Positions 35,601-47,265 of a stretch of 64,000 bases of DNA are shown here, piece by piece (position 1 is the stretch's first letter; each line of letters opens with the position of its first letter). Under the pieces are notes generated by a model that saw only the letters and a list, made by a program, of their open reading frames with translations, did not search any database and was not told the DNA's origin. A program made the position numbers and the translations under genes. Location of the stretch: NCBI GenBank assembly GCA_048013815.1, contig CM106586.1, positions 8,122,001 to 8,186,000 of the forward strand. Reading direction: 5' to 3'. This DNA is from Setoptus koraiensis. Its lineage: Eukaryota > Animalia > Arthropoda.

Positions 35601-38340
35601 ATGGTTGACTGGTATTTCGAGGATATTGCCGAGAGAGTGATCGTGCCAAGAATTGTTGAGGAACTGGGCAAGCCAGAAATCGAGCATAATAAATTCAAAG
35701 GACTGCTATACCTATTAGGAAATAAGCGTTCGCATATTAATATTATGATTGATGTTACGTGGTCATCGCTCAAAGAGATCTGGCCAGCTATAGTTCAATC
35801 TCCTCATTCGGAGAAGCCTAGTGTAGTAGGATTGATAGATCGTCTTTGTTCATTAGTGCAGAAAAAATTCGATACACTAGCGATGTCATATGAATTTCAT
35901 GAACGAGTCAAGCTTTTGGCTGCAAGACTGTGGTCTCATATCGATTGCAGTCAAGTCAAGCCATTCAGCGACGAGGAAGCTTCCAAAGCACAAAAGGCAG
36001 CTTATGAAAGAGGCCAAAAATCAGTTGAGGATTATACGCAATTGGTGCTCAAACTTGTAAATTTGATCGAAAATCCAGCTTTACATTGGCACAGAAAAAT
36101 TATTGCCTTCAGTTTTCTTTCGCAATTAGTAAGGGATGATATAAAGATGCCATTACAAGCTTTAAAGTTATTCCTATCCAGTTTAATCAGCGAGAGGTTG
36201 TCTATTAGGAAGAAGTCAGTAGAATTGGTGGCAGGTCAGTTGAAATTGCACAAGAGAAAACATGCAAAATGCAGTATAGATCCTGGCATACTAGCATCTA
36301 ATGATAACTCATGGATGCAATACAAGTTAAATGATAAATTTTACACCAAGGAACAATGGGAATCTCTTGTATTTATTGATAAGCCACACATTGGTTTCCT
36401 TTGTTGGCCAAAACAATTAGACGTATATGACAAGAATAACCAGCTCGAGTTAAATCGCTCGCTTGATAAGATGAATGTTTTTGAGAGGACAATCTATGAT
36501 AAATTTCACGATGAACAATTTATTGAAAAACTAGTGGAATACTTCACTTTTGAGGACAGCAAAGGCTCGGATAGATTTGAAATCAAGCGATATCTAGTAT
36601 TTAAGGGATTATTCCGCAATTATGGACCGATAATGATTGAACCATTTAGAAAATATGTAATTGAATATACAAATAGCACTTGTGATCTAAAAGGAGAGTA
36701 CAAGCAAAGGTTTGCTATTGAATTTCTTGCCGGCCTAATACGGGGGGCGAAACACTGGCCTTATGAGATGCAGTTGCTGGTGAAAGAATTCACCGAGCCT
36801 ATTATTGAGGCAGTTCCATTGTCACAAGAAAATCGCACTGATTGGAACGTGTTTGTCGACCAAGTTTTTCGTGATAGAGACATTCGTCGCTTGGACTGGT
36901 TGTTATTCATCATCATCAAGAAGGCTATCTATGAATCTGAGCTGATGGACGTCACTCCATATATTCAATCAAGCAGACTATTACTCGCTAATACAGTTTT
37001 GTGTCAGTGCGAATGGCGTGCTGTGGATCAAGTTTTCACCGAAGTGATGAGTAGGTTGAGCATTCAAAGCAATCTCTTAGCTTATGCAAATGTGAGAACA
37101 CAACTAGCCTTCATATATGCTGTAATACTTTCATATGACAACCCAAACATACTTACGTCCATGAGTAATACTCTTAAAAATGGCCCTAGAGTTAAGCAAT
37201 TCATAGAATCTATCATGCCTCAATTAGCTATTCTGGAGAAAAATAGCAAGTCATCACCATCTGGCGATGGTGAACCTACCAATCACGTCCAACAAACTAT
37301 AAATATCACGACGAGCAGACAGGTAGAACTGCTCACGCGATTAGCTCGTGCTGGTCGCGCCGACACCGACACTATTGATAGATTGGCGCTCACCTTATCG
37401 ACAGGATTGGGATCTCCGGAAGAGTCAGAAGAGCGTAAAGATGCGAAGAAACTGCTCAAATTCGTGTGCTTGTGGATCCTCTACTATTCTTTTCGCACTC
37501 TGTGTCCGGTAGCCGCAGATATTTTCCTTTTACTTCCAGTATTATGTGACAGTGCTGGTGATAGTACCGATCAAGAGCTAGTCACGGAATCTAAAGTAGC
37601 CTTAACCTTGATCGGAACCATGACTTTGAGTCCCGAAGCGATCGATGAAGCCATTGAGAGTATCAGGAAGATTATTAGAGATCATTCGTGGCATGCTCGA
37701 TTCTCACTAGCCTCATTTTTGCGATTGATGGTTTCATCCAATCTATTTGTATTACTGAACAATCCAAAATGGATAGCCGACATACGAGATATAGTGCTTA
37801 ACTCACTGATCTGTGATGAAAGGGTTGAAGTTCGAGAAGCTACTGTGTCAACTCTAAGTGGACTTATTCATTGTAACTTTATCGCGATAGACGAAGCATT
37901 TTTGCGAGAATTCAAACAAAGAGCTAGTACGCCATTGATCAGGCATCAAAAGAAGCAAGGTGCTAGCACGTTTGACGCGGCCTCAATAGTCACTAGACAT
38001 TCTGGAATATTGGGTTTGTGCGCTTGTGTTGAAGCTCATCCATACACCGTACCTCACTATTTGCCAGAGATATTAATCTTCTTAAGTGACCATTTGTCCG
38101 ACCCGCAACCTATATCGGTAAGTGAAACTTCCTTCCTTCTTTGACCATTATCAATCCAAGCCACTGCTAATTTATACTAACAACTTGTACAATTATTCTT
38201 CACAGACTACCATCAAAAACTCTATGTCCCATTTTAGACGAACCCACCATGATAATTGGCAGAGTGATAAGAACAAATTTACCGATGATCAATTATGTAT
38301 ACTGGCCGATTTGCTTGTCTCTCCGAGCTACTATGCCTAA
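32631..38340 (+). CDS. PSME4: Proteasome activator PA200/Blm10; exons about 32631-38117 and 38206-38340 (about 1873 aa; alternative ATGs at 32565 and 32622)
   Basis: [61 protein letters not shown]. The spliced last exon encodes FRRTHHDNW...LLVSPSYYA, ending in the YYA proteasome-docking motif. Confidence 0.95.
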
Positions 38341-39575
38341 CAAGAAGCCATATACCGGGTGGGAATTTGCCCATACTCTTGGCTGCAGTTCAAGAGGAAG
38401 CCGGAGCTCTTTTTACTTGTGTGTTTATTTAGTGAGGTCGAATGCACTATTGTAAAACAAATCAACGAGAAAAAAAAAACAAGAAGGAACAGTCGAAGGT
38501 TTCAACGAATTTGAACTTGGTACTAATAGCCTTTGTAAAATAAAAAACAATCAAATATTCGTCTGCCTGAGTCGTCTTATATTAATCACTCAGAGGACCA
38601 GAACTTTTCTTGGCACCTTTGTTTAACTTTGTTGACACTATCGCACTAGAAACAATTCGTTTCACAATAAAACTTTTACTATGATTCCCGAGAAGATAAT
38701 GTTCAACTCCGAAGAAAACTAATAATTCACAACGAAGTGACTGCATAGCTGATGAAAGGCAAACCAAAGACACCTCAATCAACGAGATTTCATTACATTG
38801 GTTTAATACATACGAAAGTATGTATAACACAATAGCAGCGGACGGTGGATAGACTGTAGTCGTCCATGGTAGGCTAGGAAATTCTACGTCAGGGAATATG
38901 ATATATTTGAGATGCAACAGGACATGTTGACGATGAACCAAACTTAGCCAGTTGATCTATGAAAAGACAATCGGAAAGCCGAGATCCATCGTTGATTCTA
39001 TGGCTATTCCTCGCATCTTGTCGCTTGCTGCACTCGCATCATGCGATTCGCATGTAATTATAATTGATTAGCTTGCCATTGATTGATAAACAGTGATTGT
39101 GCGATGATTATTTGGGTGTATCAAGGCACAAACGATAATAGATTTAATTAAACGCCAATAGGTTCACACGTGATCGTACGATTTGAAGGTGGAATGAGAC
39201 ACATTTGGTTAGGCGCGTATTTTATTTAAATTGTACCACAGTGCTAAATTCCCATAGAGCTCGAGATATTCTGCAAATACTGAGCATGCGTAATGTGAAA
39301 GTTAGCACATTTCAAGCTTTTCGCATTTGAGCGTCCTTCACTCAAATACTGTCAATGACACGCTAAAAGCATGTGTGCTGAAATTTATTATTTTGCATGT
39401 CCCCCTTGTATCGCGCATACACATATCGTATCGCCTAGACAGATATATCATATATGCACCATGCAACCACCACTAGCACCACCAACAACAACAGCCACAA
39501 CAATAATAGTAAAATCAACATGTTTATGCTAGACGACCCAATTACGGCTAACAAAACTAGCAGGCTCACCTCAAT

Positions 39576-41072
39576 ATGTTCATGTTAAACACTAGCATAA
39601 AATTGATCAAGGTAAGCACTGACATAACAAGGCGCCTAGTATCTTCGTTGACTCCGTTACAAATTACTCAGATATTAACGGCCAATGAGGTATCATTGAG
39701 CAAGGGTTTGCCACAAAAGATCAAATACATCGCCTGCAATCAACTAGCGTCTAACAATCCCATCGAGGATCGTGTCAGGGTGTCCTCTGTGCAAGTGCCC
39801 GGATCAAAGGAGCCATCGATAATCATAGGAGTGTTTGATGGTCACGGTGGCGGAACTACAGCTGATCTCATAAGCCAACGATTATTTGATTATATAGCGT
39901 TATCATTGCACCCAGAGCCCAGTAGCATCAAGATCTCATCATTATCATCCTTATCAAAAAGGAACCACAACAACAATGATCACGCTCTAGTAACTGATCT
40001 CTACTCCTTGCCGCCTATTGACACGGGCAACACGCGATTACTGGATTCATGGAGTTGCTTACAGGAATTTGCACACGATCTAGATCCCCATCGCATGGAC
40101 GTGGCCACTGGCTTGAAGAAATCGTTCAATCGTTGCGATCACGATCTGTCCATGGCAATACAACGGCATTTGCAAGACCCACAAACGCCTAGAAATGTTT
40201 TGCATTATTGTCTGTCGGCAGCTGTTAGCGGCTGTTGTGCCATTGTTATGATAATACACAATGGCATTGGTTATATTGCCTCATCGGGCGATTGTAGAGC
40301 TGTCATGGGATTGTTGCTAAACAACAACAGTGGTAAACAGCTCTCCAACACTACTATAGAACTCAATGATGAACACAATTGTGATAATATCAGTGAAATA
40401 AGACGTCTAGCTTCATCTCATCCAAAAACAGAACAGAACACTATCATAAGACACAACAGACTATTAGGCCAATTGATGCCATTCAGGGCATTTGGAGATT
40501 TCAATTATAAATGGCCCCTAGAAACAATTATGGCATGCGGTTTAACCAAGGCATACGGAAACAATATTGTGCCACATAATTACAAAACGCCACCATATTT
40601 AATAGTGGAGCCAGATGTTAGAGAATTTCCCGTCTCTAACAGTAAATGTGTTGATATTAATGTTGCTAAAGGTGGCCATCAGCATTATCATGACAATGTT
40701 CATGTTATAAGCGATGCAAAACACCAGAAAATTATAATTATCGCCAGTGATGGACTGTGGGAACAATTTGAAAGTTCGCGTGAGGTTGTTGATAATATTA
40801 CGATTCAGATGATACATCAACAAAATTTGGCTAATCAAATCAATGTTACTAATGATAATGCACTAAACGAAATTGATGAAAATTGTGCCACGCACCTACT
40901 AAGATCTGCCTTGAAGTCTAGTCCGTACCAGGAAAGCTCAATTGACTCGGACGAATTATTTAAAATGCACCACGCACGATTGGAATCATTTCTAACCTTA
41001 CCACAGACTGTTGTTAGGAATTTCCGCGATGATATATCGATTGTTGTTGTAAGATTGGATGACAATGTTTAA
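39576..41072 (+). CDS. PDP1: Pyruvate dehydrogenase phosphatase catalytic subunit (PP2C family, mitochondrial), intronless, 498 aa
   Basis: NQLASNNPIEDR, GVFDGHGG, GDCRAVMG, RLLGQLMPFRAFGDFNYKW, YKTPPYL, IASDGLWE, DENCATHLLR, RDDISIVVV. Confidence 0.92.
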   Translation: MFMLNTSIKLIKVSTDITRRLVSSLTPLQITQILTANEVSLSKGLPQKIKYIACNQLASNNPIEDRVRVSSVQVPGSKEPSIIIGVFDGHGGGTTADLISQRLFDYIALSLHPEPSSIKISSLSSLSKRNHNNNDHALVTDLYSLPPIDTGNTRLLDSWSCLQEFAHDLDPHRMDVATGLKKSFNRCDHDLSMAIQRHLQDPQTPRNVLHYCLSAAVSGCCAIVMIIHNGIGYIASSGDCRAVMGLLLNNNSGKQLSNTTIELNDEHNCDNISEIRRLASSHPKTEQNTIIRHNRLLGQLMPFRAFGDFNYKWPLETIMACGLTKAYGNNIVPHNYKTPPYLIVEPDVREFPVSNSKCVDINVAKGGHQHYHDNVHVISDAKHQKIIIIASDGLWEQFESSREVVDNITIQMIHQQNLANQINVTNDNALNEIDENCATHLLRSALKSSPYQESSIDSDELFKMHHARLESFLTLPQTVVRNFRDDISIVVVRLDDNV

Positions 41073-41154
41073 AATAATCTAGTCAGACACTCATTTCCAG
41101 GAAGGACACAAACACAAAATTGATAGAGAATCTACCTTAACAGACCAGGTTCTA

Positions 41155-41388
41155 TCATGTCAAAATCACTGTTTTCGTGCGCCACGATATTTGGCTCTCT
41201 ATCGTTGCTATAAACTGTTCCTTCACCTCTACAGGTGATGCGGTAGCAGCGGCGATCTGATCAACAGAGTCCAGCCTGCAAAGAATTCTTATCCTCTCTT
41301 CGTCGCTGAGAATAGAACAACTTTTGACCTGCTGTATGAGCATATGTTTGCACATTGATTTCCTCGCTCGTCTCTCTTCGGCAGTCAT
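41155..41388 (-). CDS. Small hypothetical helical protein (77 aa from MTAEERR), possibly the last exon of a spliced gene
   Basis: Protein-like, non-repetitive ORF convergent with PDP and preceded by an acceptor-like ttttcatag. No homology recognised. Confidence 0.3.
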   Translation of the reverse strand: MTAEERRARKSMCKHMLIQQVKSCSILSDEERIRILCRLDSVDQIAAATASPVEVKEQFIATIESQISWRTKTVILT

Positions 41389-41950
41389 GCTTCCTATGAA
41401 AATCATCCGAAGAAGAAGAATACTCACCATAAAGGGACACACATCTTCTGGAGGGAGCAGGCTACAAAACCACCGGCACTCTACCTACTGTCTATCGTCT
41501 CTATCTAAAGATAGATATTATAATCACCATTCAATTATGACAAAGATAGAGCCAAGAGTCGATGCTGAGTTGAGCTGACTAAGACGAGAAACGAATGAAA
41601 TCATAGTTTGAAAAATTAATCATAAAATAATGCGAAATTAATGAAACAATAATATGGAGCAAGCCCGACCATCATGATTTATCGCACATACAGGCCTTTA
41701 CTATTGTTAGAACTACTCGTGCAAACTAAACTAATAAATAGACTAGAAAATCAAGTACTGAAGTTGTAAAATCTATTATCTATACTTGAGACATTGTTTT
41801 CTCTTTGTCTGATAATGTCAACGTAGCAAATTCTCTCGGTGTGTCCATCATGCTGGGAATACTGATCGCCCATTGATTGATCGACCGAATTGTTATCAAA
41901 TCAACTATTTATTTATTAATATATTGTTGATGATTTTTGACATCGTAACC

Positions 41951-44407
41951 ATGGCCATCGCTACTAATAGAAAGTCAGGCAACAATAGAAAAGACAATAT
42001 GCCAAAAACTGACGCCAAGAAAAAAGAGGACACTCTCGACAGAAGGGATTACAAAACTAAACAATCACCGAGCAAATTGATACCCCTAAGTCTAAGTTAC
42101 TATCTTAACTTGAACGAGAGGCACATATTTATTGTCATAGTCCTGATAGGATTATCCACAAGATTTTACAATATTGATAAACCCGCTCACGTTTGCTGGG
42201 ATGAGACACACTTTGGAAAAATGGCCAGTTGGTATATAAATAGAACATTCTTCTTTGATGTCCATCCACCGTTAGGTAAAATGCTCATAGCACTCTCTGG
42301 TTACGCAACTGGCTACAACGGAAGTTTCCCGTATAGTAAACCAGGTGATGCCTACACCGATTATAGCCAATACTTGGGCATGAGAATATTTTGCGCGACA
42401 TTGGGCTTTATGATAATACCATTTACTTATTATTCAACGAAAAGTATAACGAAATCAGTATCGGCGGCCACAATATCGGCATTTCTGCTGGTGTTTGACA
42501 ACGGTATGATAACACTTAATAGATACATACTTTTAGATCCTCCATTGTTATTTTTCATATCCGGCTCCATACTAGGAATGAGCAAATTCTCTTTTGAATT
42601 ATCGGGCTCGAACAATCAAGAAACAAGCAACAACGCACAACAACGAACAGAATTCACTTTCAAATGGTTCTTTTGGTTATTTTGGACAGGTACATTCTTG
42701 GCTTGTTCCATCAGTGTTAAGTTTGTAGGATTATTTATAGTGCTACTAGTGGGCCTCAGGACAATATATGAATTGTGGATGATACTGGGCGAAGTTGACA
42801 AGCCGCTAATTAATTTCTTTTGGCACTTTTCAATTAGATCTGTGTCTCTAATTGTATGGCCAATTCTTTGTTACATGATTATATTTTGGACTCACTTAAA
42901 TTTATTGAACAGAAGCGGCAACGGCGACGGCTTCTATAGTTCAGCTTTCCAATCACAATTAATTGGCAACTCGTTATATAATGCCTCATGGCCAGCCCAT
43001 TTAGCCTATGGAGCCGTGGTGACCATCAAGAACAACAGAATTGGTGGTGCTTATCTCCATTCTCATTGGCACCTTTATCCTGAAGGTGTTGGAGCAAGAC
43101 AGCAACAAGTAACTAGTTATTCGCACAAAGACGCAAATAACAGGTGGATCATCAAGAAAAGTCATGGTCAATTGAAAGAGGGCGACGATGTTGAGTATGT
43201 GAAGAATGGTGACCTAATCAGACTGGAACACTTTGTGACACACAGAAACTTGCATGGCCATAAAGAGATGGCACCCATAACAAAGCGGCACTATCAGGTT
43301 ACTTGCTACGGAGAAAATGGATTGGGTGACGCAAATGATATCTGGCGTATCGAGGTTGATGAGAGTTCCCTTCTTACAAAAACCCTCTCATCCACTAAAG
43401 CGATGCACGGCAATAATGGCAGCGATAACGACAATCAACTGATCTATACTGTAAGAACCAGATTCAGATTAGTGCATGTACTCACAAATTGTGCTTTACA
43501 CTCTCATTCGAAACAACTTCCTAAATGGGCCTTTGAACAATTAGAGGTCACATGCAATCCTAGATTGTATGACAAGAATAACCTTTGGAATATTGAAGAT
43601 AATATCTATGCATCGTTGCCAAATGTAAGCTTCGAAGAATACGCACCGACGTTTCTCGAACGCTTTTTCGAGTCTCATTCTGTGATGTTCCAAGGCAACG
43701 CCGGCTTGAAGCCAAAAGAGGGTGAAGTTACGTCTAGACCATGGCAGTGGCCTATCAATTACAGGGGTCAATTCTTCTCTGCAAGTAACGGACAAAAGAT
43801 TTATCTATTGGGCAACCCAGCTATTTGGTGGCTCAATTTGATTGCAATACCCATCAGCTTAGTATTAATTATTGCGCTCACAATAAGAGATAAGAGACTC
43901 TCGGCGTTCAAATCGATATACGACGACGGCGAAGGTAAATCGAATGCAAAAAGGAAAAGAGATGCTCAACAAACTATACCAACCGACGAACAACACCAAT
44001 TTATTATAGATAAAAGGTACAAAGAGGCAAGCTTCTGGATGCTGTTAGGTTGGGCTCTACATTATTTGCCATTTTATTTTATGGGACGTATATTGTATTT
44101 TCATCACTACTTTCCGGCATTCATATTTAGTTGTATGTTGACTGCCACAACGTACGATTATATAATCAATCATGTATTAATACGCAAAGTGAGATGTCTA
44201 AGTTTTGTCACTAGCGATAGGCGTCTACTAGAGTTAACATTGATAGTATCCACCATCATCGTACACATATTCACATTTACATTGTTCTTGCCAATAACTT
44301 ACGGAACTAAAAAACATGAGAATGCAACTGATGAAATACGACAATCATCATGGAAAGAAGAGCTGGCATTATCATCATTAAAGTGGCTCGATAGCTGGGA
44401 ATTTTAG
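41951..44407 (+). CDS. POMT2: Protein O-mannosyltransferase 2 (twisted), intronless, 818 aa from ATG 41951
   Basis: VCWDETHFGKMASWYINRTFFFDVHPPLGKMLI, MIR domains with YLHSHWHLYPEGVGARQQQVTSYSHKD, SRPWQWP, GRILYFHHYFPA. Confidence 0.95.
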   Translation: MAIATNRKSGNNRKDNMPKTDAKKKEDTLDRRDYKTKQSPSKLIPLSLSYYLNLNERHIFIVIVLIGLSTRFYNIDKPAHVCWDETHFGKMASWYINRTFFFDVHPPLGKMLIALSGYATGYNGSFPYSKPGDAYTDYSQYLGMRIFCATLGFMIIPFTYYSTKSITKSVSAATISAFLLVFDNGMITLNRYILLDPPLLFFISGSILGMSKFSFELSGSNNQETSNNAQQRTEFTFKWFFWLFWTGTFLACSISVKFVGLFIVLLVGLRTIYELWMILGEVDKPLINFFWHFSIRSVSLIVWPILCYMIIFWTHLNLLNRSGNGDGFYSSAFQSQLIGNSLYNASWPAHLAYGAVVTIKNNRIGGAYLHSHWHLYPEGVGARQQQVTSYSHKDANNRWIIKKSHGQLKEGDDVEYVKNGDLIRLEHFVTHRNLHGHKEMAPITKRHYQVTCYGENGLGDANDIWRIEVDESSLLTKTLSSTKAMHGNNGSDNDNQLIYTVRTRFRLVHVLTNCALHSHSKQLPKWAFEQLEVTCNPRLYDKNNLWNIEDNIYASLPNVSFEEYAPTFLERFFESHSVMFQGNAGLKPKEGEVTSRPWQWPINYRGQFFSASNGQKIYLLGNPAIWWLNLIAIPISLVLIIALTIRDKRLSAFKSIYDDGEGKSNAKRKRDAQQTIPTDEQHQFIIDKRYKEASFWMLLGWALHYLPFYFMGRILYFHHYFPAFIFSCMLTATTYDYIINHVLIRKVRCLSFVTSDRRLLELTLIVSTIIVHIFTFTLFLPITYGTKKHENATDEIRQSSWKEELALSSLKWLDSWEF

Positions 44408-45013
44408 AATGTTACATGTCGATCTCTTGCGAAAATTGGCTCTGATCAGATTGAACAGGATTGATGCGAGAGGCGATACGAGTGTTTTTTCAATAAAGAC
44501 TTCAAGATGGTCATTTGATTATGGTCACTAAAGAATTTGTTTAGTAATCGCTGTTTGCCCCTGTCGGCTTACATGATGAAAGGTGTGTATGTTTTCGGAT
44601 AAATGACCAATTTTATACTAAAAGAATCGATACACATGTGCTGGCGATCAAGATCATAACACTGTTTTTGTTTGCCTCTGTTTGGGTTTTCAGTTTGCAG
44701 CATTACATTGGAGGTTTCCTCTTTTGATCGAAGCGAAGTTTTGTGCGTTCTTTTTTGGAACACTGTGTATCGTCGACTTGATTTAAAACCAGGATCGAAC
44801 GTGCTGGCTCGTGCAAACACGGGCCAGATTAACTCGACATGATCTACATTACTAATATTAATATCGTACACCATTATAAATCGTTTATAGAATGGATATT
44901 TTTGTATCTATACTAGTCAGAAACTATCACGCCAAATAAATAAATAAATGAATGAAATTCCGCCCGGGTTCAGATTTTTCTGATAGCACCCAAGCGAAGT
45001 CTGACCGTTCCTC

Positions 45014-46807
45014 ATGGAGTCGACGACCAATAGATTGAAGGCCATTTTGGTTGGGGATGAATTTGGTCAACTGAAGTATGTCAATCTCAGCCCAACGGAG
45101 CCACTTGGTCTGGTTGAAAATTGTAATGAAGATTTAAGTAATAATAATTTTAGTCGAACACGGCAGACCAGGCATCAAATAACACAACTATACGACGATT
45201 GTCTAAATAAAGGTCCAGCCGCCTCTCGTGCAATAATCTCTATAAAACCTATCCAGGGAATTTACGAAAGTCACCTGGACACAACTATTAATCCAAATAA
45301 TTTATATTTAATTGCCAACAAAGTAGGACAGTTATTCATTTGCAATACGGACCATCTGTCTAATTATAATAACTCAGTCAACCAGAATAGCAACGACGAC
45401 GCTGTCGTGGAGGACATTGTGCAATCGTCATCTAGACAACATTCCATTCTGGCACCTATCTATTACAATCTAGATAGTAAAGTACCTATTTGTGGAGCGC
45501 TGCCAATCAATCAGACCAATATTCTCATCATCTATAGTAATGGTGACTTGCAGCATGTAGCCATTAGCCAAGACGTACTGCAGTCTTCATTAAATATCAA
45601 GAGGAAGGCAATAAAATTATTGGGTCTAGGCTACAATAACGATTCCAAGCAGATACACTGGAGGATCGATGGGAGAACCGGAGAGGTTCTGTACGAATCT
45701 TATGCTTCTCATTTGAACGATTACGATCCCATTGTCGACAATCTTTTGGCGGATAAAAAGAGTCGGCACAAGGCGAAGCATACCTCCACCATAGACTCCA
45801 AAGAATGCTATCAACAATCGCCCAGTATAAGGTCACGCAAGGCCAATGAGAAAAATAGAATGATATCCGCTGAGGTGATTAATATGCTAACATCGCGATC
45901 GACTACTACACCGCGATTGAGGATATGCAAGTGGACATCTGCAACATCTTTGAATCTTCTCTATAAGAAACTGGCCCTATTCGATCTCATAGGAACTGGC
46001 GACCAATTCGGTAAAATAAGCTCCCCATCATATCAGTCTAATTGTTTTAAGCTTAATGCCGATAGACTGGCTGTAGCAGGCAGAAATTATTGTTTGAGAG
46101 TTTATGATATAACAACTCAAACTAGCATATTCAATAGTAAGTCGGGCTTTAAAAAGAATCCTCTTGTGTGCCCGCTAAAAGGCGAATCGGATTCCATAGT
46201 AGATATAGACTGGATCGGAGGAAATAGAACGACCAAAAGTATCCCGTCGCTCCTAGCTACTTGCACAGGAATAGATTCCACTGTAAAAGTTTATGATATC
46301 CGCACTATTAAGCCAGTATTCAATATAGACCTGACACAAGAGACAGAAACTAAATGGGAACCATACGAGAATTGCGCCCGAGGCTGTCAGTTCAATAGAA
46401 TTTGCTCCTCAGCTGCGCCCTTTTCAACGGCTGTACCCTCTCAGCAGTTAGCTTTAGGGGCCACAAACGGTCAAATGCACATACTAGATTTGAGATTTGT
46501 GGCACGCTCTTACCGTCTTCTAGGTAAACTGTCTGGCTTGGCAGGAGGCGAAACTAGGGATCTGCAATTCGTATCTGAATCTTACGATTCCAGCAAAGTG
46601 GTAAGTTGTTCGTCTGACAGATTCATAAGAGTTCACAAGATGCATACTTCGTTTACTTCAGTGGTGTCACACAAGATGGCCAATAAAATCTTCATCCGAA
46701 CAAAACCTACATGCTTACAGTCGATTTGTACAGAGACCACAAACTACAAATATTCATCCTCAACAGATAACATAATTGAGGAGTCCAGCGAGTTCGATCC
46801 ATTTTAA
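45014..46807 (+). CDS. WDR74: WD-repeat ribosome biogenesis factor WDR74/Nsa1 (divergent, long insertion), 597 aa
   Basis: ILVGDEFGQLKYVNL at the N-terminus; AVAGRNYCLRVYDI, ATCTG...VKVYDIR, GATNGQMHILDLR, VVSCSSDRFIRVH and KIFIRTKPTCL follow the WDR74 blade order. Confidence 0.7.
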   Translation: MESTTNRLKAILVGDEFGQLKYVNLSPTEPLGLVENCNEDLSNNNFSRTRQTRHQITQLYDDCLNKGPAASRAIISIKPIQGIYESHLDTTINPNNLYLIANKVGQLFICNTDHLSNYNNSVNQNSNDDAVVEDIVQSSSRQHSILAPIYYNLDSKVPICGALPINQTNILIIYSNGDLQHVAISQDVLQSSLNIKRKAIKLLGLGYNNDSKQIHWRIDGRTGEVLYESYASHLNDYDPIVDNLLADKKSRHKAKHTSTIDSKECYQQSPSIRSRKANEKNRMISAEVINMLTSRSTTTPRLRICKWTSATSLNLLYKKLALFDLIGTGDQFGKISSPSYQSNCFKLNADRLAVAGRNYCLRVYDITTQTSIFNSKSGFKKNPLVCPLKGESDSIVDIDWIGGNRTTKSIPSLLATCTGIDSTVKVYDIRTIKPVFNIDLTQETETKWEPYENCARGCQFNRICSSAAPFSTAVPSQQLALGATNGQMHILDLRFVARSYRLLGKLSGLAGGETRDLQFVSESYDSSKVVSCSSDRFIRVHKMHTSFTSVVSHKMANKIFIRTKPTCLQSICTETTNYKYSSSTDNIIEESSEFDPF

Positions 46808-47148
46808 AAAATTGTCATACAACATCGACTAAATGCTGATAAGCGTCCATGGTAATGAACAGTATTTCGAATACAATGCATCTATTTTTTATTGATAATC
46901 AACAATATTTTTGTATAGATTTGAATAGAGGATAGAGAAGATTTTTCTCTGTAGTTAATGTACAATTGATAGATTCCAGGTGAAAATCTAGTCACTCTCT
47001 GGAAGAATAAAATAGCTATGAATAAAGTGCTCATACTACTATCATAAACACAGCCTGGTTGACAGGTTCACTTCGATGACACCAGATCATTTCTAAAGTA
47101 CGTACGTGGAAAATAGTTAAATTGTTACGATTTCTATTGTCAATAAAA

Positions 47149-47265
47149 GATATATTCTGCATGGGCCAGCAATTGGGGTATTGATCCCAAAAGTTTGATG
47201 TCTGATAGGTCACAAACCAGTGGACAATATATTAGTGCACTCAGCGCGATTGGGACAAGTGTAGC
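47149..47265 (-). pseudogene. NUBP2: Decayed, inverted third NUBP2 fragment
   Basis: The reverse complement aligns to copy 2 in three ordered blocks: 26820-26868 (43/49), 26883-26923 (37/41) and 3' flank 27048-27073 (24/26). It carries a 14-nt frameshifting deletion and a larger deletion removing the C-terminus. Confidence 0.9.

Noticed and set aside
44569-44874. 101-aa minus-strand ORF between POMT2 and WDR74
   Set aside because: No recognisable motif; the length is compatible with chance.
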